Origin: Bacillota bacterium
GTDB lineage: Bacteria; Bacillota_I; Bacilli_A; RFN20; CAG-288
Length of the DNA: 64,000 nucleotides
Reading direction: 5' to 3'
NCBI GenBank assembly: GCA_023398335.1
Contig: JAEWSJ010000006.1
Span: 70,446 to 134,445, forward strand
Shown here piece by piece: positions 55,480-64,000 of this stretch. How positions within the stretch are numbered: the first letter of the stretch is position 1; each line of letters starts with the position of its first letter. Both the position numbers and the translations under genes were made by a program. The notes under the pieces were generated by a model that was given only the letters and a program-made list of their open reading frames with translations, made no database searches and had not been told where the DNA came from.

Positions 55480-56613
55480 TTATAAGTCGACTAAGCAATC
55501 ATCAAAAGCTTTTTTAATCTTATCTACGTTAATATCTTGTCCTATAATAACGATTTCTTGTTCTCTGTCTCCATAACGTAAATCCCAGTTGTCTTTAATT
55601 TTTTTATTTTGTTTCAAAATTGATTTAATATCTTTGGCATTAGTTGAAGCGACCCATTTACCAAATGGTTCGATAGTTCTTTGCTTGCCTGCCGATTCAA
55701 AGACATAGGCATGTTCGGCATCAATGCTGAACCAACATAAACCTTTAGCTCTTATAACCTTAGATAAGCACTCATCTTTATAGACCATAGACTTAAACTT
55801 TTCTAAATCAAAAGGCTTTCTAGCACGATAGATGAAGGTTTCAATATTATACTCATATTTCTCGCCTTCTTCATGTTCTTCTTCATGTTCAAGTCCTTCT
55901 TTCCATTCTTCAGTTTGACTTTCCTTTTCAAACACAAAAGAACTAAGGTCAAGAATTTCTTCGACATTAACTTTTGAATGAGAACAAGGAATGATTTTTG
56001 CTCCTGGTTGAATCGCTTGAATAGCGGTAAAGACTTTAATTCTATCGTCAACTTCTAGTTCATCCATTTTATTAATGATGATTGTTTGACATAAATCGAG
56101 TTGTTCTTTCATCAATTTTCCTAAATCATCATCCTCGTATTCTTTGTCGATTAAATCTTGTCCAAAGTTATACGAGTCTTTAAGTGATATTGCATCAACA
56201 ACACAGATAACTGAATCAAGTTCCCATAGTTTTTGATTGTTTTGATCGATGAATTGATCTTCGGATAAACAGATATTTTGAACTATTGGTAATGGTTCAC
56301 AAATACCGCTAGCTTCTATTAAAATATGATCGAATTTTTGAGTTTTGACAATTTCAAATATTTGATCGATGAGTTCGCTTTTTAAAGTGCAGCAAATGCA
56401 GCCGTTAGTTAACGATATTAAATCGTTGTTTTTTACTGTGGCATAACCGCCTTTATCAATTAATTTCTCATCGACATTGATTTCACCAATATCATTTACT
56501 AATACTGCAAACTTGAAATTTGAGTTATTGGCTAAAATATGATTGACCAACGTGGTTTTACCAGCGCCAAGAAATCCGGTAATCAAAGTAATTTTACATG
56601 GCTTTATATACAT
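55480..56613 (-). CDS. CobW/COG0523 family GTPase (putative zinc metallochaperone)
   Basis: 377 aa. ITGFLGAGKTTLVNHIL, the CICCTL (CxCC) motif, and a His/Glu-rich stretch EGLEHEEEHEEGEKYE. Confidence 0.85.
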   Translation of the reverse strand: MYIKPCKITLITGFLGAGKTTLVNHILANNSNFKFAVLVNDIGEINVDEKLIDKGGYATVKNNDLISLTNGCICCTLKSELIDQIFEIVKTQKFDHILIEASGICEPLPIVQNICLSEDQFIDQNNQKLWELDSVICVVDAISLKDSYNFGQDLIDKEYEDDDLGKLMKEQLDLCQTIIINKMDELEVDDRIKVFTAIQAIQPGAKIIPCSHSKVNVEEILDLSSFVFEKESQTEEWKEGLEHEEEHEEGEKYEYNIETFIYRARKPFDLEKFKSMVYKDECLSKVIRAKGLCWFSIDAEHAYVFESAGKQRTIEPFGKWVASTNAKDIKSILKQNKKIKDNWDLRYGDREQEIVIIGQDINVDKIKKAFDDCLVDL

Positions 56614-56632
56614 TTTATTTTTCCTCTTTTCC

Positions 56633-57172
56633 TTAGTAATTTATTTTACTTGTAATATTATCTGTAACTAAATCGTGAACTTCTATCGAGTTTTCATCAA
56701 CGATGAAGAAGTTACGGGAAGAAGAATTACGTGGAAGAGAAATACTTCCAGGATTTGCGAGAAGTAGTCCATCTTCATTTTTTATATCAAAGATGTGTGA
56801 ATGACCGTAGAATAATACTTTTCCGGAATTCTTTTTCATCTCACTATCAATATGGTGACCATGGGTGAAACTAAGCTTATCACCTTTGCTATTCAAGGTG
56901 TAGTAATAAAGATTAAAGGGGAAAGATGATATCATTTCATCTACTTCTGCGTCACAATTACCTTTAAGAACAATTATTCGATCTTTAATACTATTTAATA
57001 CTTCGCATACTTTCATTGGGGCATATCCTTCGGGTAAAGAATTACGCGGACCATGATAGTATAAATCTCCGAGTAAAACTATTTTATCAACGGCATATTT
57101 TTTCTCTTGTTCTAATAAGATATTCAAGTACTTTAATGATCCGTGAATATCAGATGAAACTAATAATTTCAT
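56633..57172 (-). CDS. YfcE/MJ0936-family metallophosphoesterase
   Basis: 179 aa. SDIHGS, GDLYYHGPRN, GNCD and GHSH motifs. Confidence 0.8.
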   Translation of the reverse strand: MKLLVSSDIHGSLKYLNILLEQEKKYAVDKIVLLGDLYYHGPRNSLPEGYAPMKVCEVLNSIKDRIIVLKGNCDAEVDEMISSFPFNLYYYTLNSKGDKLSFTHGHHIDSEMKKNSGKVLFYGHSHIFDIKNEDGLLLANPGSISLPRNSSSRNFFIVDENSIEVHDLVTDNITSKINY

Positions 57173-57174
57173 AA

Positions 57175-58224
57175 TTATTTAATATCTTTCTTTGGATTTG
57201 AAGGAGCTTTCTTTTTGGTTATTCTATTAATTTTTTTCTTGGCGGAAATAATTATTTCATCGAGTTCGTCTTCTTCTTTTTTAGGAACTACGGTTTTAGG
57301 AATAAGATTCTCCGCCTTTATTCCAGAAAGATTGATTTTCTTTTGTGGAATGATTTTTTGATTATATAAATTAACATCAAGTTGATTAAATGGAATGTTG
57401 ACGTTTCTATTTGTGAACTCAGTTAATATTTTTTCGTTTAAACTGAATAAGGTATCCCAATAACATGAAGTAGAGCAATAACCACGAACTGCGAAATCAA
57501 TCGAAGAAGAATTCATGGTTTTAACTGCGATAGTAATTGGCATATCTTGTCTAATTCTTTCATCGCTTAGAACGATGTATTTTAATATTTTCTTAGCCGC
57601 GTCTATATCTGTTCCATATGCCACGGAAGCGACTAGATCAAGACGACGGGTTTCGAGTCCATTGTAATTAGTAACTTTTCCTTTTGTAGCGGTTGAGTTT
57701 GGTATTGTGATAAGAATATTATTTGGAGCAACTAGTATTGTAGCCATCATTCTTATTTCTTTAACTGTTCCAGCAATGGTATCATTGATTTCTACGTAAT
57801 CTCCTTCAACATATAGTTTTGTTGAAAGAATAACAATTCCAGCCGCAAAATTTGCTATGACATCTTGTAAAGAAACACCAATAGCGAGGATAGCAGAGGA
57901 GAGAACTGTTGTAATACCTGACAAATTAATTCCTAGTATTGATAAGACTGAAACAAATAAGACAAAGTACAAAAATGTTTTTATACAGGATAAGATGAAT
58001 CTAAAAGCTGTTTTTGAAGTACTTCTTTTCTTTTTGCTGCTTTTTAGCGATCTTTTTAGTAAAGCAAATACTAATTTAATAAGGAAATAACCAATAATTA
58101 ATACGATAACTGCTAAGATAATCCTATTGTACATTGGCATTGCTTTGCCATCTGTTCCTTTATCAGTAAAAAATGTACTGATATTATTCCATAAATCATT
58201 CCAAAAATTAATAAAATCTTCCAT
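57175..58224 (-). CDS. mechanosensitive ion channel (MscS family)
   Basis: 349 aa. Three N-terminal TM helices, the pore-helix region ..LQDVIANFAAGIVILS.., a beta-domain ..GDYVEI....GTVKEI.., and a Lys-rich tail. Confidence 0.8.
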   Translation of the reverse strand: MEDFINFWNDLWNNISTFFTDKGTDGKAMPMYNRIILAVIVLIIGYFLIKLVFALLKRSLKSSKKKRSTSKTAFRFILSCIKTFLYFVLFVSVLSILGINLSGITTVLSSAILAIGVSLQDVIANFAAGIVILSTKLYVEGDYVEINDTIAGTVKEIRMMATILVAPNNILITIPNSTATKGKVTNYNGLETRRLDLVASVAYGTDIDAAKKILKYIVLSDERIRQDMPITIAVKTMNSSSIDFAVRGYCSTSCYWDTLFSLNEKILTEFTNRNVNIPFNQLDVNLYNQKIIPQKKINLSGIKAENLIPKTVVPKKEEDELDEIIISAKKKINRITKKKAPSNPKKDIK

Positions 58225-58243
58225 AAAGCAAACTCCTATCTAA

Positions 58244-58289
58244 CAAAAAAAGTATAACATATATTTCAATAAACATAGCTGTTATACTT
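58244..58289 (-). terminator. rho-independent terminator after the HAD gene
   Basis: On the minus strand: AGTATAACA...TGTTATACT hairpin followed by TTTTTT. Confidence 0.7.
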
Positions 58290-58296
58290 CATATAT

Positions 58297-58932
58297 TTAA
58301 TCGATGAAATTAGAAATTTCGCTTAGAGAGTCAACTACAGTAGTATTGGCCTTTAATAAGCGTGCTTTTGATTGGTGACCCGAAGCAACAAGAATGCATT
58401 TGCACTTTAAGACATCAGCTACTTCTTTATCGTGGAGTGAATCACCAATCATCAATGTGTGCTCACTATCTAAATTGTGCTTATCTAAAAATTCTTGAGC
58501 GATAATTGTTTTACCATGGGCTTTAATGCTTGTCGTACCAAGAACATATGCAAAGTATTTATCAAGTCCTAAGAGTTTTACCTGATTGTTCAAATTGTTT
58601 TGTTCTGAGGCTGAGAGAATAATTATATTTTTATTATTTTTATATTTTTCCAAAACTGGAATTACATCATCAAATAATTTAACCTGAGGGAATAATTCGA
58701 GATAACGGCGATTGAAAAACTCTGCTAATTCTTTAAAATCTAATTTATCAAGATCAATTCCAGCTTTGATATAGTAATCTTTTACAGGAAAGGTAAATAT
58801 TTTTAAATATTTATCCTTGCTTACTTTAGGGATGTTGTGGTTTTCAAGCATTTCATTAAGTATTTGCAAACAAACATCAACATCATCAATTAAAGTTCCG
58901 TTGAAATCAAATATTAAATTATTTATTTCCAT
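58297..58932 (-). CDS. HAD-superfamily hydrolase (phosphoglycolate phosphatase-like)
   Basis: 211 aa. Motif I LIFDFNGTLIDD (second Asp replaced by Asn), ILSAS, and GDSLHD. Confidence 0.7.
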   Translation of the reverse strand: MEINNLIFDFNGTLIDDVDVCLQILNEMLENHNIPKVSKDKYLKIFTFPVKDYYIKAGIDLDKLDFKELAEFFNRRYLELFPQVKLFDDVIPVLEKYKNNKNIIILSASEQNNLNNQVKLLGLDKYFAYVLGTTSIKAHGKTIIAQEFLDKHNLDSEHTLMIGDSLHDKEVADVLKCKCILVASGHQSKARLLKANTTVVDSLSEISNFID

Positions 58933-58978
58933 TTTATCTACCTCATACTGAAAATATTAACATATATCTATGGCTAGT

Positions 58979-59076
58979 AAAATGATTATTGTTAAAAAAA
59001 ATGATTATTTTGTAATATAAATTTACATTTTTGACATAATGTAAATCTATGAAACCATTTTCATTATCTATGAAAC
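58979..59076. repeat. cluster of short direct and inverted repeats in a divergent intergenic region
   Basis: AAAATGATTATT x2 (58979-58990, 58998-59009). Inverted repeat ATTTACAT/ATGTAAAT (59021-59028, 59039-59046). ATCTATGAAAC x2 (59045-59055, 59066-59076; period 21). Confidence 0.85.
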
Positions 59077-59140
59077 TACTTACATTTACCATTTATTTTT
59101 TTATGAGTAATAATGTAGTTGTTCAAAGGAGGAACACAAT

Positions 59141-59356
59141 ATGGAACAAAGAGAATTATTACAAGAAGAGCTAAGTTCAATCGATATTCAGATCGATGAC
59201 ATCGTAGTTCAAATGATGGAAAAGTACGGTACATTCTTATCATATAAAGACGCCAAAGATAAAAATGATTCCTACAAAGAAGTCTTAGTAAGAAATTATA
59301 ACTACTTAATGAATCGTAAAGATAACATTATTAGACAAATCAATAGTAATTATTAA
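59141..59356 (+). CDS. small acidic helical protein, unknown function
   Basis: 71 aa. AAAGGAGG Shine-Dalgarno sequence 7 nt upstream, and a strong terminator follows. Confidence 0.5.
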   Translation: MEQRELLQEELSSIDIQIDDIVVQMMEKYGTFLSYKDAKDKNDSYKEVLVRNYNYLMNRKDNIIRQINSNY

Positions 59357-59376
59357 TAGTTATGATTGAAACAAAC

Positions 59377-59438
59377 AAAAAACTGCGGACAAAGTAATAA
59401 GTAAATAAAAACAGTTATTACTCCCGCAGTTTTATTTT
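59377..59438. terminator. bidirectional terminator
   Basis: AACTGCGG..AGTAATAA...TTATTACT..CCGCAGTT long hairpin flanked by an A-run and TTTATTTT. Confidence 0.75.
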
Positions 59439-59446
59439 GCAATAAA

Positions 59447-60250
59447 TTAGATTTTCTTAAATTCTAGTTTGTCGATTAAATTTAGATTATGCTTACGAGC
59501 AAAGAGAATTGCTTTGATATTAGCTTCTTCGTTTGATATCTGTGAAGGGGAGTGAGCATCAAGTCCAATAATACATTTAGCACCCATTTTTCCTGCAATT
59601 TCAAAGAAGGTATCAGTTGGATAAATATATCTTGTGGTATTTCCTACTTTTCTGAAACCATTTCTAATACCTGCAACATTGACTTCTAGAGGTATATCTA
59701 GTTCCATACAAACTTCAATCAGTTGCTTACAAACGGTTTTAACTTCTTTATCAACCACTTCAATTGATGACATAAAGTAATCTGGGTGAGCAAAGCAAGA
59801 AAATAAACCTGTTCGTAAGGCAGCTATAGCTAAATCACGATATTTATACATAGATTCTTTGTCGCTAGTCTTGCCGAAATACTCGGATATTTCTTTAGAT
59901 TCATTCATGCTGCTATGGTTACCTAATATTAAGTAGTCAATAGTTTTTGTTTCGAGTAATTCACGGTAATAAGGAAAATACAATTGAAAGGATTCCGCTT
60001 CAAATCCTAAATGAATATTGATGCGATTCTTATATTTTTCTTTGAGTTTATTAATGCTGACAAAATAGTCTTGACAATATAAATTATAGTCTCCACGTAT
60101 ATTAGGTTGAGAGAATCCCGGTAACATTATGTGGTCAGAAAAGCCTAACTCAGTCATTCCTTGACCAAGCGCTTCTAAGACATATTCTTCATCTTCTCCA
60201 AAAGCATGTCCACATCTTTTGGTATGAGTATGGTAATTAGCTTTTAACAT
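59447..60250 (-). CDS. PHP-domain histidinol-phosphatase family (HisJ-like)
   Basis: 267 aa. NYHTHTKRCGHA, FSDH, GFE and LDAHSP motifs. Confidence 0.75.
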   Translation of the reverse strand: MLKANYHTHTKRCGHAFGEDEEYVLEALGQGMTELGFSDHIMLPGFSQPNIRGDYNLYCQDYFVSINKLKEKYKNRINIHLGFEAESFQLYFPYYRELLETKTIDYLILGNHSSMNESKEISEYFGKTSDKESMYKYRDLAIAALRTGLFSCFAHPDYFMSSIEVVDKEVKTVCKQLIEVCMELDIPLEVNVAGIRNGFRKVGNTTRYIYPTDTFFEIAGKMGAKCIIGLDAHSPSQISNEEANIKAILFARKHNLNLIDKLEFKKI

Positions 60251-60995
60251 TTTTACTTCTTTCTAAATCGTATTTAATGTTCTCTAAATACAATCCTTCA
60301 CCTGGAGCTTTATATTTTAAGACACTAAATTTTGTTGAATTTAATCGTTCTTTAATTTCATTGATATCAAGACGTGATGCGCTGACTTCGTAGGCCGCAC
60401 CGACCATAAAACGAACTTGATATTTTAAGAATGAATGTCCAGTAATTCTAATCGATATTATATCATCTTTTTGCGAAAGAGATATAGCGGAGATTGTTTT
60501 ATGAGGATTATCATCTTTTTCCGATGTGAAAGAAGAGAAATCGTGAGTTCCTAAGTAGAGATTAAGTGCCTCTTGTAATTTGTTAATGTCAGGTTTAAAA
60601 ATTGGAGTCCATTCTAAAAATGAAGTGATAGGATTCTTTTCACCGTTGTTAATGCGATATAGATAAGTTTTTTCATAAACATCGTAGCGTGAATCGAAAT
60701 CTTCCGGTACTAACATCGCGTCTTTTACATACATGGTATTATCTAATAATCTATTTAATGAATAACGAAGATGATCAGGTTCTAATTTTTGCTCTTCATC
60801 TTTAAAATTAACCGCCCACATTAATGCATGAACGGAGGCGTCAAGACGGGAACATGGTCTGACTTTAATTGGCTTTCCATAGATTATTGATAATTTATTT
60901 TGTATAAGTTTTTGAGCGGTTGGTAAATCCTTTTGAATTTGAGAGCCCTTAAATGCAGTACCAAGATAAGAAATAATTAGGAGAGTATTATACAT
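60237..60995 (-). CDS. truA: tRNA pseudouridine(38-40) synthase TruA
   Basis: Start set at ATG 60995 (MYNTLLIISYLGT.F.G.Q.Q), 1 nt after the ecfT stop. Catalytic region SRLDASVHA. Confidence 0.85.
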   Translation of the reverse strand: MYNTLLIISYLGTAFKGSQIQKDLPTAQKLIQNKLSIIYGKPIKVRPCSRLDASVHALMWAVNFKDEEQKLEPDHLRYSLNRLLDNTMYVKDAMLVPEDFDSRYDVYEKTYLYRINNGEKNPITSFLEWTPIFKPDINKLQEALNLYLGTHDFSSFTSEKDDNPHKTISAISLSQKDDIISIRITGHSFLKYQVRFMVGAAYEVSASRLDINEIKERLNSTKFSVLKYKAPGEGLYLENIKYDLERSKNVKS

Positions 60996-60996
60996 A

Positions 60997-61845
60997 TTAA
61001 ATTGCCCCTGAAATAAGACCAACTATATCTGGTTGAAAGACCGCCATAGTAATAACTCCGGCTAAAAATGCAGAAATTACAATGATATCAATCGTATCGT
61101 TAATTGACCATTTACGGCGGTTGAATTTTGTTCTTTTACCTGTTGGATTATAGCCTCTGGCTTCCATGGCATCAGCAAGTTCTCCTGAACGAATAAAGCA
61201 GGAAACAAATAGGGGAATAATTAAGGAAATAATAGCACGGAATTTTTCTTTTAATTTACCTTCTTTAAAATCAACACCACGGGAGGCTTGAGCACGCATA
61301 ATTTTATTAGCTTCTTCTATAAGAGTAGGAATAAAACGAAGGGTTAAAGATAAGGTCATTGCAATAATGTGAACTGGTAATTTTACGAGCTTGAAAGGGG
61401 ATAATATCCATTCAAGAGCAAAGGTAAGTTCAAGGGGCTTAGTGGAGGCAGTAAGAATCGTAGTTAGCATTATCATCAGCATTAATCTAACAATAATGTA
61501 TAAAGTACGAATTATTCCTTCCCAATAAACAACAAAGTCCCACATGGTAAAAGCTGGTGTACCACTTCTGGTAGTAAAGATGTTGATAATCAATAAGAAA
61601 ATAATCATCAACCATAAGGCTTTTAACGATTTAAATATTGAAATAAAACTTATTTTTCCAATTATCATTATCGTTAGAAGAATAAGAAAAATTAGCGCGT
61701 AAAAAATAAAGTTTGTTGTAACCGTGCCGAAGTTTAAGAATATAGTCACCATTAAAACAATCATACCCACTAATTTAATTCGTGGGTCGAGTTTATGAAT
61801 GATAGTGTTAGCAGGAATGTAACGTCCTAGAGCGATATTATTCAT
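60997..61845 (-). CDS. ecfT: ECF transporter transmembrane component EcfT
   Basis: 282 aa, multi-TM. DPR.K N-terminal motif and the coupling-helix region ..MRAQASRGVDF.. / ..AMEARGY... Follows two EcfA genes. Confidence 0.9.
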   Translation of the reverse strand: MNNIALGRYIPANTIIHKLDPRIKLVGMIVLMVTIFLNFGTVTTNFIFYALIFLILLTIMIIGKISFISIFKSLKALWLMIIFLLIINIFTTRSGTPAFTMWDFVVYWEGIIRTLYIIVRLMLMIMLTTILTASTKPLELTFALEWILSPFKLVKLPVHIIAMTLSLTLRFIPTLIEEANKIMRAQASRGVDFKEGKLKEKFRAIISLIIPLFVSCFIRSGELADAMEARGYNPTGKRTKFNRRKWSINDTIDIIVISAFLAGVITMAVFQPDIVGLISGAI

Positions 61846-62767
61846 GTGCTTTTACCCTACTAGTCTCATCAGCTAATGATTTTATGTCTTTAATCTTAGC
61901 GATATCTATTGCTAAACCATGTTCAATCAAAGCTAAAGCAGTTTTAAATACTAAAGGTGGTTCAATGGCAACTGAACGTAAAAATTCAGTATCTTGGAAT
62001 AACTTTAGCGGTGTAGTTTCTTTCATCATTATTCCTTTTGACATAACGCAGACTTCTTCAGCGTATTTAAGTACAATTTCCATATTATGTGTAACTAGAA
62101 TGATTGATTTACCTAAATCATAAATTGATTTAAATAATTTCATCATTTCTTTTTCGCCTTGTGGATCTAGTCCAGCTGTTGGTTCATCTAGAACAAGTAC
62201 TTCTGGATTTAATGATAGAATTCCGGCAATAGCGACACGTCTTTTTTCTCCACCGGATAATTCAAAAGGAGAACGTGAAAAGTACTCTTCATTAATTCCG
62301 ACTTCTTTCAAAGCCTTTATGGCCATTTCTTTAGCTTCATCTTCACTAGCACCGAAATTTAATGGACCAAACATAACATCTTTCAAAACTGTTTCTTCAA
62401 ATAATTGATATTCAGGGAATTGGAAAACAAGTCCGGCGTATTTTCTTAACGCTTTGATATCAAATTGTTTGTTTTTTTGTTTGCGTTTTAATTTATTCAA
62501 TTGTTCTTCGGTTAAAGATAGATCTTTTAAGACTCTTTTTCCGTCTTTAACTTCGATATAATACTTATTCATTTTTATCGATCCACTAGTAGGAGTAGAT
62601 AATCCGTTTAAGGTTTGAACTAAAGTGGATTTACCACTTCCAGTTTCACCAACCAACGCTAAAAATATATGATCACCAATGGTGATGTTGACATCGTGAA
62701 GAGCGTGATGTTCAAAAGAAGTGTGGGGTGAATAAATATAGTTTAAATTTTTTACTTCAATGGACAT
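61838..62767 (-). CDS. ecfA2: ECF transporter ATPase EcfA2
   Basis: 309 aa. GETGSGKST, LSGGEKRRVAIAG, LVLDEPTAGLD and VTHNM. Confidence 0.9.
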   Translation of the reverse strand: MSIEVKNLNYIYSPHTSFEHHALHDVNITIGDHIFLALVGETGSGKSTLVQTLNGLSTPTSGSIKMNKYYIEVKDGKRVLKDLSLTEEQLNKLKRKQKNKQFDIKALRKYAGLVFQFPEYQLFEETVLKDVMFGPLNFGASEDEAKEMAIKALKEVGINEEYFSRSPFELSGGEKRRVAIAGILSLNPEVLVLDEPTAGLDPQGEKEMMKLFKSIYDLGKSIILVTHNMEIVLKYAEEVCVMSKGIMMKETTPLKLFQDTEFLRSVAIEPPLVFKTALALIEHGLAIDIAKIKDIKSLADETSRVKAHE

Positions 62768-63582
62768 AATTGTGTTATTAACCCTTCTATAGAAGATACG
62801 GAATCAACGTTGATTCCGCGTTTTTGTAATTCGGAATCAAGTGATTTAAAAAATGGGATATCAAGATTGAGTTTTCTTAATTTATCAATATTAGAAAAAA
62901 CTTCTTCCGGGGTGGAATCCAAAACCTTTTTACCTTTTTCTAGGACGATAACATGGTTAGCTTGGTAGGCCTCTTCGATATCGTGTGTGATAGAAATAAT
63001 TGTAAGAGAAGGATTCTCTTGCTTCATTTTATGAATCAATTCAGTAATCTCTCTTTTTCCTTTTGGATCCAACATAGAGGTTGATTCATCCATCAAAAGA
63101 ATCTTCGGATTTCTAACTAGTGTTCCAGCAATCGCAACACGTTGTTTTTGACCACCAGAAAGAGCAGAAGGCTCACGATCTAAATAATCAAGCATACCAA
63201 CCTTTGTGGCGTATTCTTTGACTAGTTCAGGCATTTTATCTTCAGGAGTGGAATCGTTTTCTAAGCCGAATGCAATATCGTCTTGAACAGAGGCACCGAT
63301 AAATTGGTTATCAGGGTTTTGAAATACTATTCCGATATTTTTTCTCAACTCTAAAACATTGTCATCAGTCATCATTTGACCGAAGATTTCAATGCTTCCA
63401 CTGCGTTGGAGAAGAAGACCAATAATAAGCTTAGCTATCGTTGATTTACCAGACCCATTATGACCAATAAGAGCGAGATACTCGCCTTGTTTTACTTTAA
63501 ATGAAACATTATCAACGTTTGTAACTGATTCTTCATATCCAAAAGATAAATTTCTTAATTCAACTGCAATAATATCGTTCAT
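62752..63582 (-). CDS. ecfA1: ECF transporter ATPase EcfA1
   Basis: 276 aa. [33 protein letters not shown] and ITHD. Confidence 0.9.
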   Translation of the reverse strand: MNDIIAVELRNLSFGYEESVTNVDNVSFKVKQGEYLALIGHNGSGKSTIAKLIIGLLLQRSGSIEIFGQMMTDDNVLELRKNIGIVFQNPDNQFIGASVQDDIAFGLENDSTPEDKMPELVKEYATKVGMLDYLDREPSALSGGQKQRVAIAGTLVRNPKILLMDESTSMLDPKGKREITELIHKMKQENPSLTIISITHDIEEAYQANHVIVLEKGKKVLDSTPEEVFSNIDKLRKLNLDIPFFKSLDSELQKRGINVDSVSSIEGLITQLCPLK

Positions 63583-63584
63583 TC

Positions 63585-63815
63585 TTATTTGTTTTCATCC
63601 TTGCTACTATGTTTTTTTTCATACATATATCCATAAATCCAGTAAGCGACTAATGAAACTCCGGAAATACATGAATAGATGATAAAGAATATTTTTCTTG
63701 CGTCATCACTTCCGTTAGTAACTAAGCCGTAGAAAGAAACAAGAATTAACACTAAACATAGAATAATCATTCCAGTTCCACGGAGATATTTTTTAATAAA
63801 AGTTTTTTTATTCAT
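63585..63815 (-). CDS. small two-TM membrane protein, unknown function
   Basis: 76 aa from ATG 63815 (the ORF track uses TTG 63827). Two hydrophobic helices. Confidence 0.45.
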   Translation of the reverse strand: MNKKTFIKKYLRGTGMIILCLVLILVSFYGLVTNGSDDARKIFFIIYSCISGVSLVAYWIYGYMYEKKHSSKDENK

Positions 63816-63816
63816 A

Positions 63817-64000
63817 TTATTCTCCAAAACTAAGTTGAGGAATTCTTCCTTCGTATTTAGTTATTTTTACATTGGCGGTATTTAGCAATCTTTCAGAAGC
63901 TTTACATTCGAGACTCCCAACATGTTTATTTGAAAGATATATTATTTCCTTGATACCTGATTGAATAATTGCTTTGGCACATTCATTACATGGAAATAAA
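63817..64000 (-). CDS. C-terminal part of dCMP deaminase (ComEB-like); 5' end lies outside the window
   Basis: The minus-strand frame is open to the window edge, with TAA at 63817-63819. It encodes ..PCNECAKAIIQSGIKEIIYLSNKH.. (zinc-binding PCxxC of cytidine/deoxycytidylate deaminases). Confidence 0.65.
   Translation of the reverse strand, partial: LFPCNECAKAIIQSGIKEIIYLSNKHVGSLECKASERLLNTANVKITKYEGRIPQLSFGE

Noticed and set aside
58897-58932. HAD motif I reads DFNGT instead of DxDGT (second Asp replaced by Asn)
   Set aside because: A single-residue deviation judged without an alignment. Variant general-acid residues are known in the superfamily, so this is not enough for a functional claim.
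1-64000. Mycoplasma/Spiroplasma genetic code (UGA = Trp), considered because of the low G+C and Mollicute-like lipoproteins
   Set aside because: All long ORFs are intact under the standard code. TGA terminates genes in the ATGA overlaps at 6616-6619 and 36325-36328. Conserved Trp positions (for example YNWGYDP in the pullulanase) are TGG.
1-64000. CRISPR arrays, intact IS elements, integrases and prophage genes
   Set aside because: I saw no regularly spaced repeats, no DDE or tyrosine/serine recombinase ORF, and no phage structural genes. Only the 68-aa IS30-like HTH ORF at 25202-25408 is present.

Overview
AT-rich (by eye about 30% G+C) chromosomal segment from a low-GC Bacillota-type organism that uses the standard genetic code. 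TGA is a stop in the ATGA stop/start overlaps at 6616 and 36325, and conserved Trp positions are TGG. The gene content is EzrA, EcfA1-EcfA2-EcfT-TruA, infC-rpmI-rplT with an L20-type leader, GlgC-GlgD-GlgA, a PPi-type phosphofructokinase, rubrerythrin, lipoproteins with Ser/Thr-rich linkers, and large surface proteins without LPXTG. This suggests an anaerobic Erysipelotrichia / Acholeplasma-like lineage; that assignment is inference only. Most of the window is housekeeping: ftsK, acpS, a pullulanase, plsC, a glycogen operon, ezrA, a cysteine desulfurase with thiI, ribosomal protein genes, an M16C peptidase, pfp, and the ECF transporter module. RNA features I can read directly are an initiator-type tRNA-Met(CAU), a 393-nt tmRNA, a lysine (L-box) riboswitch ahead of an amino-acid ABC transporter, and an L20-leader attenuator ahead of infC. 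Three regions look accessory or unusual. (1) 9.9-15.6 kb holds a self-contained MksF/MksE/MksB (JetA/B/C)-like SMC triad with its own promoter and terminator and no JetD/MksG nuclease gene. (2) 24.9-31.4 kb, directly downstream of tmRNA, holds a small HTH gene resembling an IS30 transposase N-terminus (possible remnant), a TetR regulator with a cation antiporter, and an ArsR/ArsP-like/Acr3/thioredoxin-like cluster with a recurring TATCAATAT operator box. (3) 41.5-51.0 kb holds a tightly packed four-gene, 9.5-kb surface-protein operon. Three of its products share a TasA/camelysin (SipW-type)-like N-terminus and the fourth is a 1466-aa BspA-type LRR protein. No sortase signal and no cognate signal peptidase are visible in the window. 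Region (3) is my best candidate for an undescribed system, followed by the nuclease-less Mks triad. Smaller oddities are an MBL-fold lipoprotein gene split by a single in-frame TAA, an apparently circularly permuted substrate-binding lipoprotein, a roughly 105-aa charged insertion in its ABC ATPase, three tandem M16-like proteins that all lack HxxEH, and a tmRNA tag predicted to end in -AAAAC. No CRISPR array, intact transposase or prophage genes were seen. All family assignments come from motifs read by eye and need profile or structure searches to confirm.
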